Shown here: in pieces, positions 38,438 to 47,777 of the stretch
Position numbering within the stretch: the stretch's first letter is position 1
Layout: each line of letters starts with the position of its first letter
Assembly (NCBI GenBank): GCA_003599755.1
Contig: QZJO01000011.1
Span: forward strand, 66,424 to 130,423
Source: Candidatus Parcubacteria bacterium
Lineage (GTDB): Bacteria; Patescibacteriota; Minisyncoccia; Sungbacterales; SURF-37
Length of the DNA stretch: 64,000 nt
Direction of reading: 5' to 3'
Notes under the pieces: model-generated
Database searches by the model: none
The model's input: only the letters and a program-made list of their open reading frames with translations
What the model was told of the DNA's origin: nothing
Program-made: the position numbers and the translations under genes

Positions 38438-39772
38438 TTATTGGAGGAACATGCCGAGAAAGATGGAAAGCAGCGCGGCTGCTCCTTCGGCAGGCGAATA
38501 GGGCATCGGCTTGCCGGCTTCCGTGGAGCTCGGCTCGGGCGTCACTTCTATTTCCATTTGAGGCGCTGGATGAATTCGACCCTCTGCACCCTGGGGCGGA
38601 AACGGCGGCATTGCTTCGCGCGGAAACTCTGCGCTCTCGGGGGGAAATGGAAATTCTCTACCTTCAGAGGGAAATGGAGGCATTCCCTCATGCGGGGGCC
38701 GCATGAAATTCGCATCTGAAGGAGGCGGAAACCCTTCTCCTTCGGGCGGCCTCATCGTCGCAAAGCATGCGCCCATGTTCGCCTGGGCCTCTTGCGAAGG
38801 AGGATTGCCCGCCAGCATGCGGTCCAATTCTTCTCCGAGCGAATCTCTGAGGCATTGCTGGACTTCGGCCGGCATCATCTGGAAATCGTTTTTGAAGCGA
38901 TCGCGCCCTTCCCGCATTTGCTGAAAGTCCTGCGGCGGGATATCGCCGCGTTCCACGGAAAAATTGAAGCAGGCCTCTTCATTGGCCGGATCGTTGCAAA
39001 ATGTCTCGCAGGCCTCCCCGAGGCATCCGCCGGGGCCTCTGCCGCCCGTCTTTCTCAGAAATGCCGCATCTTCTTCCGTCATCATGCCGGAAGCAAGTCC
39101 GAAAGCGATGCATTCTTCCACGTGGTCCGCGCAATAGAGCGCGCATTCCTCGTCGCCGCGGCAGCGCGGCGGCGCAATACCCTGCTCGAGCGCGCCGAGT
39201 ATTTTATCTACCTCGCGCAGTTCTTCTTCGGACATCAATCCGGCGGTTTTCGCGAATGCGATGCATTCTTTCATCTGGGCGGGGTTGGAGCCGCTGCAGT
39301 ACGCGTCGCATGATGCTTTATCGGTGCAGCCGCCGGGGAGGGTGGCGCCCGATTCGAGCGCCCGCATGACTTTGCGCGCCTCGTCGAGCTCTCGGCCCGA
39401 CATCATGCCCGTTTGCTCGGCAAAGACGATGCATTCGCGCATGTTTCGCGTGTCGTTGCAGAACGCCTCGCACGAATTTTTCGACGTGCATCCGCCCGGC
39501 CCTTTGCTTCCCGCTTCGAGGAACTTGCGCGCCTTCGAAACTTCTTCCGGCGTCATGAGCCCGTTTCGTTCCGCAAACGCCAGGCAGGCATTCTGGTTGG
39601 CCGGCTCATCGCAATACGCATGGCATTCCTCTTTTGACCCGCATCCGCCAAGCTCGCTCACCGGGAATTGAATAATCGGTTCCGCGAATGCTCCCATCGC
39701 GAGAAGTATCAATACGCCGCTTCCGACAAGTGCGCCTGCCACCCTGCTCATAGCCGCGACAGAGCTTTGCAT
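38438..39772 (-). CDS. secreted protein with five tandem ~45-aa four-cysteine repeats and hydrophobic C-terminal tail
   Basis: Signal peptide; repeat GGCxSKxxCxAYCxxPxNxxxCxxFAExxGLMxxEE x5; C-terminal Pro/Glu-rich stretch and terminal AAALLSIFLGMFLQ. Confidence 0.6.
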   Translation of the reverse strand: MQSSVAAMSRVAGALVGSGVLILLAMGAFAEPIIQFPVSELGGCGSKEECHAYCDEPANQNACLAFAERNGLMTPEEVSKARKFLEAGSKGPGGCTSKNSCEAFCNDTRNMRECIVFAEQTGMMSGRELDEARKVMRALESGATLPGGCTDKASCDAYCSGSNPAQMKECIAFAKTAGLMSEEELREVDKILGALEQGIAPPRCRGDEECALYCADHVEECIAFGLASGMMTEEDAAFLRKTGGRGPGGCLGEACETFCNDPANEEACFNFSVERGDIPPQDFQQMREGRDRFKNDFQMMPAEVQQCLRDSLGEELDRMLAGNPPSQEAQANMGACFATMRPPEGEGFPPPSDANFMRPPHEGMPPFPSEGREFPFPPESAEFPREAMPPFPPQGAEGRIHPAPQMEIEVTPEPSSTEAGKPMPYSPAEGAAALLSIFLGMFLQ

Positions 39773-39773
39773 G

Positions 39774-40013
39774 TTACTCGAACGGATTGGTTTTTACGTC
39801 GCTGAACGGGTTTGTTTCGCGTACGGGGTTCACGTCGGGAACGCTAACGGTGCCGGACACGGAATTGGTCTGGGTAGATGGCTGCTCTTCGGCTGGCGCG
39901 GGAGCTTGGAGATCAGCGGGGTAGAAGGAGAAATAGAATAGCGCCGCAAGAATGGCAACAAGAACGACAGCCCCGATCCAGATTGGCTTCGGCATACGTT
40001 TATTATAGCCCAC
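39774..40013 (-). CDS. small single-TM membrane protein
   Basis: PKPIWIGAVVLVAILAALFYFSFY TM segment; stop is 1 nt from the start of the 38438..39772 gene; alternative ATG start at 39995. Confidence 0.4.
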   Translation of the reverse strand: MGYNKRMPKPIWIGAVVLVAILAALFYFSFYPADLQAPAPAEEQPSTQTNSVSGTVSVPDVNPVRETNPFSDVKTNPFE

Positions 40014-40059
40014 GCGAAAGGGCTGCTATGCACAGGACGTCTCGTATGGGCGGCACTCT

Positions 40060-41829
40060 TTAGCGCAATTCGTACTGGCTCAAGAGTTTCTTGTTGCCTT
40101 CGATCTGATAGTGCAAGAGCTCGGCATAGAGGCCTTTGCGCCGCGCAAGCTCCTGCGGGCTTCCTGCGTCGGCGATGGTCCCGTTATCGATAACCACCAC
40201 GCGATCCACGTTCTGGATGGTCGAGAACCGGTGCGCGATGATGATTACGAGGCGGTTTTTAAACAGTTTCTGCAATGCATCCTGCACCAAATGCTCGGAC
40301 CGCGAATCCAAGCTCGACGTCGCCTCGTCGAGAATCAAAATGGGCTTGTCATGCAAAATCGCCCGCGCGATCTGGATCCGCTGCTTTTGCCCGCCGGACA
40401 GCTTCACGCCCCGCTCGCCGATCTGGGCATCGAGTCCGTCCTTGAGCTTGGACACGAATTCGTACGCGTTGGCCTGCTCCAGGGCGCGGATGATTTGTTC
40501 GTCCGTGGCGCCGGGTACGCCGTAGCCGACGTTTTCCCGGATCGTCGAGGAAAATAATTCGTTGTCCTGGAATACGAGCGCGATGTGGCTCCGAACCCAG
40601 GAATGGTCCGCCTCAGCGTAGCTTTTGCCCGAAAGCAGCAAGCGGCCGCGCGTCGGCTCATACAGTTTGAGAATCAGGTTGATGAGCGTGGTTTTTCCGG
40701 CGCCCGAATGCCCCACGAGAGCCACGGTTTCGCGGTTCGAGAATGTGATCGTTACGTCGGTCAGGACCGGTGATCCATCCTCATAGGCGAAGCTGACGCG
40801 GTCGAACGAAATTTCCGGCTCTGCAACCGGGGGCCGCGCCGCCGATGTTTGAAAATCCTCGCGCTCAGGCAGGTTGAGTACTTCAAAGAATGCCTTGGAA
40901 TCCGCGTCGGCCTGCTGCACCTGCTCGAGAATAAAACTCATGCCATACAGCGGCCACCGCAGCTGGGCTAACAGCTGGATTACCAGGACCATTTCGCCGA
41001 GCGACAAATCGCCCAGATACGTCTTCCGGAAAATGATAAAAAGCACCGCGACAAAGATGATCTCGAGCCCGAATTCGCGGATGAAGTTCAGGATATGGTA
41101 TTGGGTCGATTGGCGATCATAGATTGTATTGATCGTTCTATAGGTGTCCGAGACCCGTTTCCATTCCTGCCGTTGGGCATTGTAGGTTCTGACTAGTTTG
41201 ATGTTGGCGATGACCTCGGCGATTCTCCCCCGCGCTGCGTCCTCATGCGTGTTTTTTTTCACTTGTCGCTCGCCCCACTTTTTTGTCGAATACCGCGTAA
41301 TGGCGATGTAGACGGGAAATACGGAAAGCGCGAGAAGTCCGATAGTCCAGTCGAAATACGAAAGCACGGCAATGCCGAACGCCGCCTGGAGAATGCCGGG
41401 GATGATCCAGTTGGTCGCCTGTCCGATGAAATCGCGGATCGAACCGATGCCGCGATTCAGCTGGTTGATGACTTTTCCCGAAATCTCACCGTCGAAGTGC
41501 CGCTGCTCGAGCGTGAAAATTTTCCGATAGTAGAGCTCCGTGAGGAACCTTCCCAGGCGCGAGGCGATATGATCCCCCACGCGCTGCCCGGCGGTGTTCA
41601 CCACCACCATCGCGATATTGATGCCGAGAATCAGCAGGAAGAAAAAGACGAGGCGGTCGTAGTCCCCGGCTCCGGCCGTGATCTGGGCGGAAAGTTCGTC
41701 CACGACGAATTTCAAGGTAACCGGGGTCGCCTGCTGCAGCACCGCCAAAACGGTGATGAGGATGCAGGCCAAAACAATCCACGGGTGCAGCGGTTTGGCC
41801 AGGCGAATGATATTGAGGATGTTCGTCAT
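40060..41829 (-). CDS. ABC exporter, fused permease plus ATPase (MsbA/type I exporter-like)
   Basis: Six-TM domain followed by Walker A GHSGAGKTT, signature LSGGQKQR, Walker B ILILDEATS; start at internal ATG 41829 because the upstream extension overlaps the real gene at 41949..42302. Confidence 0.8.
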   Translation of the reverse strand: MTNILNIIRLAKPLHPWIVLACILITVLAVLQQATPVTLKFVVDELSAQITAGAGDYDRLVFFFLLILGINIAMVVVNTAGQRVGDHIASRLGRFLTELYYRKIFTLEQRHFDGEISGKVINQLNRGIGSIRDFIGQATNWIIPGILQAAFGIAVLSYFDWTIGLLALSVFPVYIAITRYSTKKWGERQVKKNTHEDAARGRIAEVIANIKLVRTYNAQRQEWKRVSDTYRTINTIYDRQSTQYHILNFIREFGLEIIFVAVLFIIFRKTYLGDLSLGEMVLVIQLLAQLRWPLYGMSFILEQVQQADADSKAFFEVLNLPEREDFQTSAARPPVAEPEISFDRVSFAYEDGSPVLTDVTITFSNRETVALVGHSGAGKTTLINLILKLYEPTRGRLLLSGKSYAEADHSWVRSHIALVFQDNELFSSTIRENVGYGVPGATDEQIIRALEQANAYEFVSKLKDGLDAQIGERGVKLSGGQKQRIQIARAILHDKPILILDEATSSLDSRSEHLVQDALQKLFKNRLVIIIAHRFSTIQNVDRVVVIDNGTIADAGSPQELARRKGLYAELLHYQIEGNKKLLSQYELR

Positions 41830-41948
41830 GCCGCGTTTTTTTTGCTTCGGGATTGCGTATGCAGCGTAGCGGTTTTGCGCCGGAAATGAAATGAGTGAGC
41901 CGCCCGGATGGTGTCCGGGCGGCTGGCGGCTTCGACAGGAACGTTCGT

Positions 41949-42302
41949 TCAGGAACTGGTCAGCGCCTCGGCGCAACTGCGCGCGAGATCCGAGTTCGGC
42001 TTCTTGGCGCCGACGGGGGTTGCCCAGCCGCCCTTCTCGATCAGGTCGGGCTGGGTCCAGGAGCTCTCCGCCTTGAGCGCGGCGACCTTGGCTGCCGCAT
42101 CGGGCTGCTGCTTGAACCGCTCGACGCAGATCGGGGTGAGCGCCGCGATGACGGCCGCTTCGGTCTGGTCGCGCGCCATCTTCTTGGCCGTGCTCTCGAG
42201 CGTCCATCCGAGCCCCGTGAAGCCGATGATCATGATCGCAACGGCGCCGATCACGACCCCCTGCAGCGTGTGCACCAGACGATCCTTCGCCGGCTGCTTC
42301 AT
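41949..42302 (-). CDS. small membrane protein (117 aa)
   Basis: CAAGGAGGCAG RBS; TM segment VVIGAVAIMIIGFTGLGW. Confidence 0.5.
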   Translation of the reverse strand: MKQPAKDRLVHTLQGVVIGAVAIMIIGFTGLGWTLESTAKKMARDQTEAAVIAALTPICVERFKQQPDAAAKVAALKAESSWTQPDLIEKGGWATPVGAKKPNSDLARSCAEALTSS

Positions 42303-42386
42303 AACTGCCTCCTTGGAAGGTCAATGCCTTCCCGATATATTCAGCATACCCCGAAAAACCGCCGAACGGTAGCCGTGACGCGCCGG

Positions 42387-42608
42387 CTATTCGTTTTCGG
42401 CCCGAGCATCGAACTCGCGCTGCATGCGCGCCATCCATTGCTCTTTATTTTCGCCGGTGCGCTTTTCCATATCCATGATGCTCGCCTTGTGTGCATCGTC
42501 GGCCATCATGTGCCGGGCGCCGTTTTGCATGATCTGGTCAAACGTATTGCCGGAGAATGTTTCGTCGCATACGCCTCCCAATTCGCGGCACGAAAATGTT
42601 TTGCTCAT
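42387..42608 (-). CDS. DUF1059 family small protein
   Basis: MSKTFSCRELGGVCDETFSG... canonical DUF1059 N-terminus. Confidence 0.65.
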   Translation of the reverse strand: MSKTFSCRELGGVCDETFSGNTFDQIMQNGARHMMADDAHKASIMDMEKRTGENKEQWMARMQREFDARAENE

Positions 42609-42627
42609 ATAAATGTATTAATGCCAT

Positions 42628-42885
42628 TCACCGATGCGGGCAGCCGGCCCAGCAGCACGGCCGGCGCATGCCTTCGATAAGTTCAGCGCGCGTCCGCGCG
42701 ATCCGGCGGCTTCTCGTCTCCGGCTGCTTTGCGGACTCGACCCAGCAGATCCATTCGTTGCGCGCGAGCGGCGTGATATCCTCCCATGCCGCAAGCGCCT
42801 TCGGGGAAGCAGTAAGGACTTTTCGGAAGTCCGCTGGGACTTGATGGACTACGCCGGCGGCGAATTTATGGCGAGTTTTTGCCAT
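42628..42885 (-). CDS. YdeI/OmpD-associated family protein
   Basis: LARNEWICWVESAKQPETRSRRIART motif typical of the family. Confidence 0.6.
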   Translation of the reverse strand: MAKTRHKFAAGVVHQVPADFRKVLTASPKALAAWEDITPLARNEWICWVESAKQPETRSRRIARTRAELIEGMRRPCCWAGCPHR

Positions 42886-43038
42886 ATAATGATACTACAT
42901 CGGGCAATGGTTCTTCCCCTATTCTTGACGTTTCATTTTGGTATTGCTTAGCTAGGCGCAGCCCGGCTCTTTTTCATTCCTCCTCGTTAGCTCGAAGCAT
43001 CCCATGTGCGGATTCTTCGACCCTGATGAGGAGGCCCC

Positions 43039-43353
43039 ATGAATAAGGTTCGAGCGCACGTTCGGCAGTGCTGGAGAATTTACCTCGGCGTCCTGATAGC
43101 CGGGCTACTCATTCTCTCCGCGATCGCCGAAGTTCATTGGTTCTCGATTCTTGTCTGGGCAGCCGCGAGTATCGGCCTTCTTTCACTCGTGGCGGCAGCC
43201 CTGTGGTCTGCGGCGACGAGCGGCCAACGGTATGCCATGGCATTAGCCATGCTCATCACTATAGCGATGATGGGGATCTTCGCGTTTACCGTGGCGCCCC
43301 CGGCGGTACAGAAGGCGGTTCGGTTCTTCATAACGGTACTCTTCACCGACTAG
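43039..43353 (+). CDS. hypothetical 3-TM membrane protein
   Basis: GAGGAGG RBS; hydrophobic helices; putative promoter TTGACG-17-TTAGCT about 110 nt upstream. Confidence 0.5.
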   Translation: MNKVRAHVRQCWRIYLGVLIAGLLILSAIAEVHWFSILVWAAASIGLLSLVAAALWSAATSGQRYAMALAMLITIAMMGIFAFTVAPPAVQKAVRFFITVLFTD

Positions 43354-43384
43354 ACGGGCGATTCCCGCCCTGAGGAGGAGTGTC

Positions 43385-43885
43385 ATGCGTGATGCGAATG
43401 ACCGTGACTGGAACCTGCACCGAAACATCCTACCCGTCGTCATCGGTGCTGTGCGGGACGTCATCGTGAAGCTTCCCACGGACGAGCCGGAGCGAAGCGG
43501 CGGCTACTTCTGCCTCCTCGAGCGTGATGACCTCGCGCCCACCGCGATGGTACGGGTCGGCAATCCGGCCCCCGCACGGTTGGCGGAGTATCTCTCTCGC
43601 GCGGGAGCGAAGGCGCATCGTTTGCGTGGCCATTCTGATCAGGAACCCAGTAGCTGGGTGACGCGTAATCTGCTGCTTGGTCGTCACTACGGCGGCGCGA
43701 TCAGAGCCGGTGAATACATCTTGTCGTTTTCCGGCCTGCCGGAACTCGCCGAAGAGGCCGCGATGCTCCTGGCTGCGTGGCGCCTCGGTTGGCTCACGAG
43801 GGACCAGGCAGGGGTGATTGCGACGCTGAGCAACAACCGGTTCTTCCTCGACAACACCTGGCTGATCGCCCACGCTCGTACATAG
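43385..43885 (+). CDS. hypothetical protein (166 aa)
   Basis: GGAGGAG RBS; no family recognised. Confidence 0.5.
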   Translation: MRDANDRDWNLHRNILPVVIGAVRDVIVKLPTDEPERSGGYFCLLERDDLAPTAMVRVGNPAPARLAEYLSRAGAKAHRLRGHSDQEPSSWVTRNLLLGRHYGGAIRAGEYILSFSGLPELAEEAAMLLAAWRLGWLTRDQAGVIATLSNNRFFLDNTWLIAHART

Positions 43886-43942
43886 CGGTTGCGGGTCGAG
43901 AATCTCGCGCACTGAAAAGGGCAACCCCTGAGGAGGAAGACC

Positions 43943-44392
43943 ATGATCACGGAAGCAGTTGCTGCCCGGATCAATCAGCTCTACGTCAATCCGCAAGAGC
44001 GGACGCCCAACGAAGTCGATCGCCTGCTCGACCAGATCGCGAAGATCCGGGAGTCCTGCGCGCACGACTTCCGACTGCTCGTGCCGATGAAGCCGCTGCC
44101 GCCCTCGCTGGTGCCTGACGTGCTCATTGGGGCACGGCACCCCAATAGGGCCGGCTACTATGCCGATCCCCAAGAGCTCCGGTTCTACTGTCTCAAGTGC
44201 AGCGACCAAGGACAGGCGGACGTTACGACCCGCTGTCCCCGCTGTCTGGGACGCATGATCCAGCCGCGCGAATATGAGGATCGCGCGAAATACTTCGGTA
44301 GTTGGTCTGCGAAGTATAGCGCGCGCCTCTACACCTGTAGCGACTGCGGACAGGAAGTTGTCATGGATGAATACAAGTACGGCTGCCTCTAG
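43943..44392 (+). CDS. hypothetical Cys-rich (multi CxxC zinc-ribbon) protein (149 aa)
   Basis: GAGGAGGAAG RBS; CLKCSD...CPRC...CSDCG...C. Confidence 0.5.
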   Translation: MITEAVAARINQLYVNPQERTPNEVDRLLDQIAKIRESCAHDFRLLVPMKPLPPSLVPDVLIGARHPNRAGYYADPQELRFYCLKCSDQGQADVTTRCPRCLGRMIQPREYEDRAKYFGSWSAKYSARLYTCSDCGQEVVMDEYKYGCL

Positions 44393-44510
44393 GCCCGCCG
44401 TTTGCACGAAGGCCCGCCGCTGCGCCAGCGGCGGGCCTCTTTTTGGTAAATTATGTATTCGAAACGACAACGTGCGCACTGCGGTCTAGAAATGAGGGAG
44501 GAGTGAAGCG

Positions 44511-44735
44511 ATGGAAAAATCAGAGACATCCGTCAAGTTCTATGATTTCAATGAGCAGCCGCTCATGGGCATGGATCCGATTCTCCTCGGCCGCGAGTTC
44601 GGCATCACCATCGAGATTCTTGGCGGCCGTGACGAAATTCTGGGCGCGTACCCGATTCGTATCTCGGGCTCGGGAGCCGGTGTCGATGCCTACATCGAAC
44701 GATACGGCCACACGTGGAAAGGTACGACGTTATAG
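44511..44735 (+). CDS. hypothetical small protein (74 aa)
   Basis: GGGAGGAG RBS; followed by a strong terminator. Confidence 0.45.
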   Translation: MEKSETSVKFYDFNEQPLMGMDPILLGREFGITIEILGGRDEILGAYPIRISGSGAGVDAYIERYGHTWKGTTL

Positions 44736-44882
44736 CCGTCACCGAGGGCGAGTAAAGGAGCTCGCCACTCGCGGTGGCGGCTTCTTCTACCTCTGGTCCG
44801 CTGGCCGAACGAGATCAGGATATTCTGCTGCAGGTAAGGGCGGTTTTCCATCGCTGTTTCGCATTTGCGACCCGCAGGGAAA

Positions 44883-44912
44883 CAAAAAACTCCCCGCGGC
44901 GGGGAGTTTTTT
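44883..44912. terminator. bidirectional rho-independent terminator
   Basis: aaaaaactcccc gcggc ggggagtttttt; between convergent genes ending at 44735 and 44942. Confidence 0.6.
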
Positions 44913-44941
44913 GTCGCGCGGGCCGCTCGCGGTTCGTATCG

Positions 44942-45841
44942 CTACCTCACGTTCACCCACGCCATGCCCCGATCCGCGCTCTTGTAGATGGCGTTCTTGT
45001 TCGTTAGCGCATAAACAACGTCCGGTTCGGTCTTGCTGAACGCAAGATACAGGACGGTTCCGCCGGCAAAGGTTTCGTTCACTTTCTCCCACGAAACGCC
45101 GCCGTCGGCGCTTTTGCCGAGCCCGCCGAGGCGTTCGGAGAACGCAAGCGCGTAGTCATTGTCCTGCGGATGGGACGCAAAGACGCTTACCGCCCCGCCC
45201 GAAAGTTCTTCGGAAAGGTTTGCCCATGCATCGCCCTTGTCCTTGCTGATTTGTACGCCGTTTTGAGTTGCGGCATAGAGGGTATGTTTATCCGTATGAT
45301 CGACCGAGAGCGAGTACGGGGCAATTGAGCCACGCGCATATTCCCATGATCTGCCGCCATCCTGGCTTCTTTGGAGTTTACCGCCGAAAAATCCATAGAT
45401 GACATCTGGATTTGCCGCGCTCACCGCCATGGCATGGAAGTCCACCGGACCGCCGAGTCCTGCGGATATGCGTTCCCACGAGAGGCCGCCGTCCGTCGTT
45501 TTTTGAAGGCCGATATTGCCGCCGCGTGCGGGATGCCCGCTACTGAAGAACACGTTTGCTTCCGTCGGATGCGAATTGAAACCCATCAAGTCGTCGCGCG
45601 TCTCGCCGATGCGATAGAGGTCTTTGTCGTCCTTGAGGAGATATAACCCCTCGTGCGTGGCGATGTAGACCTTGCTCGCGTCCGTGACATCAACCGCAAT
45701 CCCGTGCGAATGGCTGAACGATGATACGGGAATAAGCGGTTCGCCGCCGCGGGCCGCGCCGGGGGCGTCTTCCTTAACCAGGAGAAAGCCGAGCGCGAGC
45801 AGGAGGATGGCGCCCCCCGCGATTAGATAGTTTTTCTGCAT
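44942..45841 (-). CDS. secreted BNR/Asp-box repeat beta-propeller protein (Ycf48/sialidase-like fold)
   Basis: Signal peptide; repeated S/TxDGGxSW boxes (TTDGGLSW, SQDGGRSW, SKDKGDAW, SADGGVSW). Confidence 0.65.
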   Translation of the reverse strand: MQKNYLIAGGAILLLALGFLLVKEDAPGAARGGEPLIPVSSFSHSHGIAVDVTDASKVYIATHEGLYLLKDDKDLYRIGETRDDLMGFNSHPTEANVFFSSGHPARGGNIGLQKTTDGGLSWERISAGLGGPVDFHAMAVSAANPDVIYGFFGGKLQRSQDGGRSWEYARGSIAPYSLSVDHTDKHTLYAATQNGVQISKDKGDAWANLSEELSGGAVSVFASHPQDNDYALAFSERLGGLGKSADGGVSWEKVNETFAGGTVLYLAFSKTEPDVVYALTNKNAIYKSADRGMAWVNVR

Positions 45842-45858
45842 AAAGTTTACTCGTTAAA

Positions 45859-46218
45859 TCAATTTCGGCGCCACTGCCGCATCATATCGATCTCGTTCGC
45901 CTGCGCGGCGATGATGTCGTTGGCGAGTTTGATGAATTCGGGGCGCTTCGTGCCGGCAAGAAGCGTGCGCGCCATTTCAACCGCGCCTTCGTGATGTACG
46001 ATCATCCCGTCGAGGAAGGCTCGTTCCAGGGCCGCTCCCGTTCTGCCGTCGAGGTCCGCCATCATCCCGCTCATCGCGCCATGCATGCCGCTCGGGATAC
46101 TCGCGGACGGATACGGCACGTTCTTCGCGGCTGCCGTCGTGCCCGCAACGTATCCGATGACGAGGCCGAGAATGAGGGTCAGCAAGCCGATGACCAAACC
46201 GTTGTTGATAGGTTCCAT
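45859..46218 (-). CDS. DUF305 family protein (single repeat), membrane-anchored
   Basis: LDGMIVHHEGAVEMA motif; TM N-terminus. Confidence 0.65.
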   Translation of the reverse strand: MEPINNGLVIGLLTLILGLVIGYVAGTTAAAKNVPYPSASIPSGMHGAMSGMMADLDGRTGAALERAFLDGMIVHHEGAVEMARTLLAGTKRPEFIKLANDIIAAQANEIDMMRQWRRN

Positions 46219-46258
46219 AAGTCGTTGTTGTTATGGGCGGATACAGAATGCAACAACG

Positions 46259-46648
46259 CTACGGCGCGCGCGGACTGGTTGCGGTCTCCAGAAGGAGCGT
46301 GGAAAAAAGCGAATCACGTAAAAATCCTTCGGGAACGAATATGCGCGGCCGAGGCGGATCAGGCGGGTCGCAGGTGCGGCGCAAAAACAGGCGTGCAGCG
46401 GCAAATGCGAGAAGCGCTAAAACGGGTATCCCCGGCGGTATCGCGGTCATCAGTGCTTGCCACAAGGAGATGTGTTCAAACGCGGGCATCGTACATATCG
46501 CTTTTTCCCCAAACATAAACGGACAATTGATCATCGGCGCCCCGTCGTGAGCCATGCCCATCACCCCGACAGGCAATACGAGCATCGGGCCGATGCATAC
46601 CGCGAGCGCGACAATCGAGACAGACGATTTTATGAGCGTATGTTCCAT
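46259..46648 (-). CDS. hypothetical membrane protein, possibly degenerate
   Basis: Hydrophobic N-terminus but odd Pro/Asp-rich C-terminus; lies at the GC transition before the lower-GC block. Confidence 0.3.
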   Translation of the reverse strand: MEHTLIKSSVSIVALAVCIGPMLVLPVGVMGMAHDGAPMINCPFMFGEKAICTMPAFEHISLWQALMTAIPPGIPVLALLAFAAARLFLRRTCDPPDPPRPRIFVPEGFLRDSLFSTLLLETATSPRAP

Positions 46649-46755
46649 AGTAGGGTCGGCAGCATCAGGGCACGAACCATGCAACTCAGCAGTAAAGCGA
46701 AGTTCGCTTTATGGTAAGCAGCGAGCCGCGGCATTTACCCCGCACCAATTCCTTT

Positions 46756-46962
46756 CTCCGAAAGCGAGACGACGTTCGAACCTTAACGATCAAATTAGTC
46801 CGCGACGTTTATGAAAGCATACGCGAGTTCGGTCTCGCGCTCAATCTGCCGAAGTTCGCTTTTGTTCCGGGTCGACGTGACGACGCCTCGCGGTGGCGTC
46901 CCTCTCAATTTATGAATTCAGAGCAGGCCGCCAAGTGGGAGAAACCGGCCGCATGAGGCCGG
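46756..46962 (+). repeat. 207-bp direct repeat, copy 1 (about 97% identical to copy 2)
   Basis: ctccgaaagcgagacgacgttcgaacc...gagaaaccggccgcatgaggccgg repeated at 48864..49070; contains several short hairpins. Confidence 0.85.
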
Positions 46963-47067
46963 GTCGCATGGCTCTTGACGAGATAACATATAAGTGCTTT
47001 TGTTATTTGGCTCCTCCCAATCAGCTCTTCTCGATCACTTGATAAATCGCGCATTCAGGAGGGGCTC

Positions 47068-47319
47068 GTGTCAGCTCATAACGAGAGACAGCTAGACTCA
47101 GAGTCGCATCATGACCTTCACATGAAGTTGGTCGCGGCTATCCAGGAGGCGCAAGAGGAAGCTTCCCGCGCGTGGGAAAAATGGGAGGCTGAACTCCGTG
47201 ATTGGCACCTCGAGAATCCTGGGAGGCGCACGCGGCGTGGTGTGCATGGGAGGCGGAGATGGAAACGGAAAGGAGGAGGGGATGATGCAAATCAGCATCT
47301 ACCAACATCACGGAGGTGA
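47068..47319 (+). CDS. hypothetical small helical protein (GTG start)
   Basis: AGGAGGGG RBS before GTG 47068; overlaps the next gene by 38 nt in a different frame. Confidence 0.35.
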   Translation: MSAHNERQLDSESHHDLHMKLVAAIQEAQEEASRAWEKWEAELRDWHLENPGRRTRRGVHGRRRWKRKGGGDDANQHLPTSRR

Positions 47320-47641
47320 CTTCAAGGTCGCCTGGACCGACGGCGATGGAGGAGAGCGCCACTTCATGTACGATCTGGGCGGGGCCATCAGCTTTGCCCT
47401 CGGACTGAAGATCGGCGCGCTCGCGCGAGGCGAGGAGGCCGAACTCATCGTCAACGTCCGACATCCGGCGATGAATCGGGGCTTCCGCGACGGATTCCTG
47501 ATGGGTCGTGGCGACCCAACCGGACAGGAGTGGCTGTTTGCCGGCGGTTATACTGCCGATAGACGCTCTCCGCCGGACGATGGACGCTACGCAGCTCATC
47601 TGCCGTTCATGCGCGAGCGACTGGCGGAGTTCCTCCGCTAG
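47282..47641 (+). CDS. hypothetical protein (119 aa)
   Basis: AAAGGAGGAGGGG RBS before ATGATG 47282; no family match. Confidence 0.45.
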   Translation: MMQISIYQHHGGDFKVAWTDGDGGERHFMYDLGGAISFALGLKIGALARGEEAELIVNVRHPAMNRGFRDGFLMGRGDPTGQEWLFAGGYTADRRSPPDDGRYAAHLPFMRERLAEFLR

Positions 47642-47777
47642 CACTCGGGTCACTTCACCGGACCTTACTCGGTGGACGCGACGATTGGCTGCGCAATGCC
47701 GATCATCACAGGCACCGATGCATAGAGAGCATCGGGCCTTTTGTTTTCGCTCAATCGGTGATGTACGGCATAACTAA

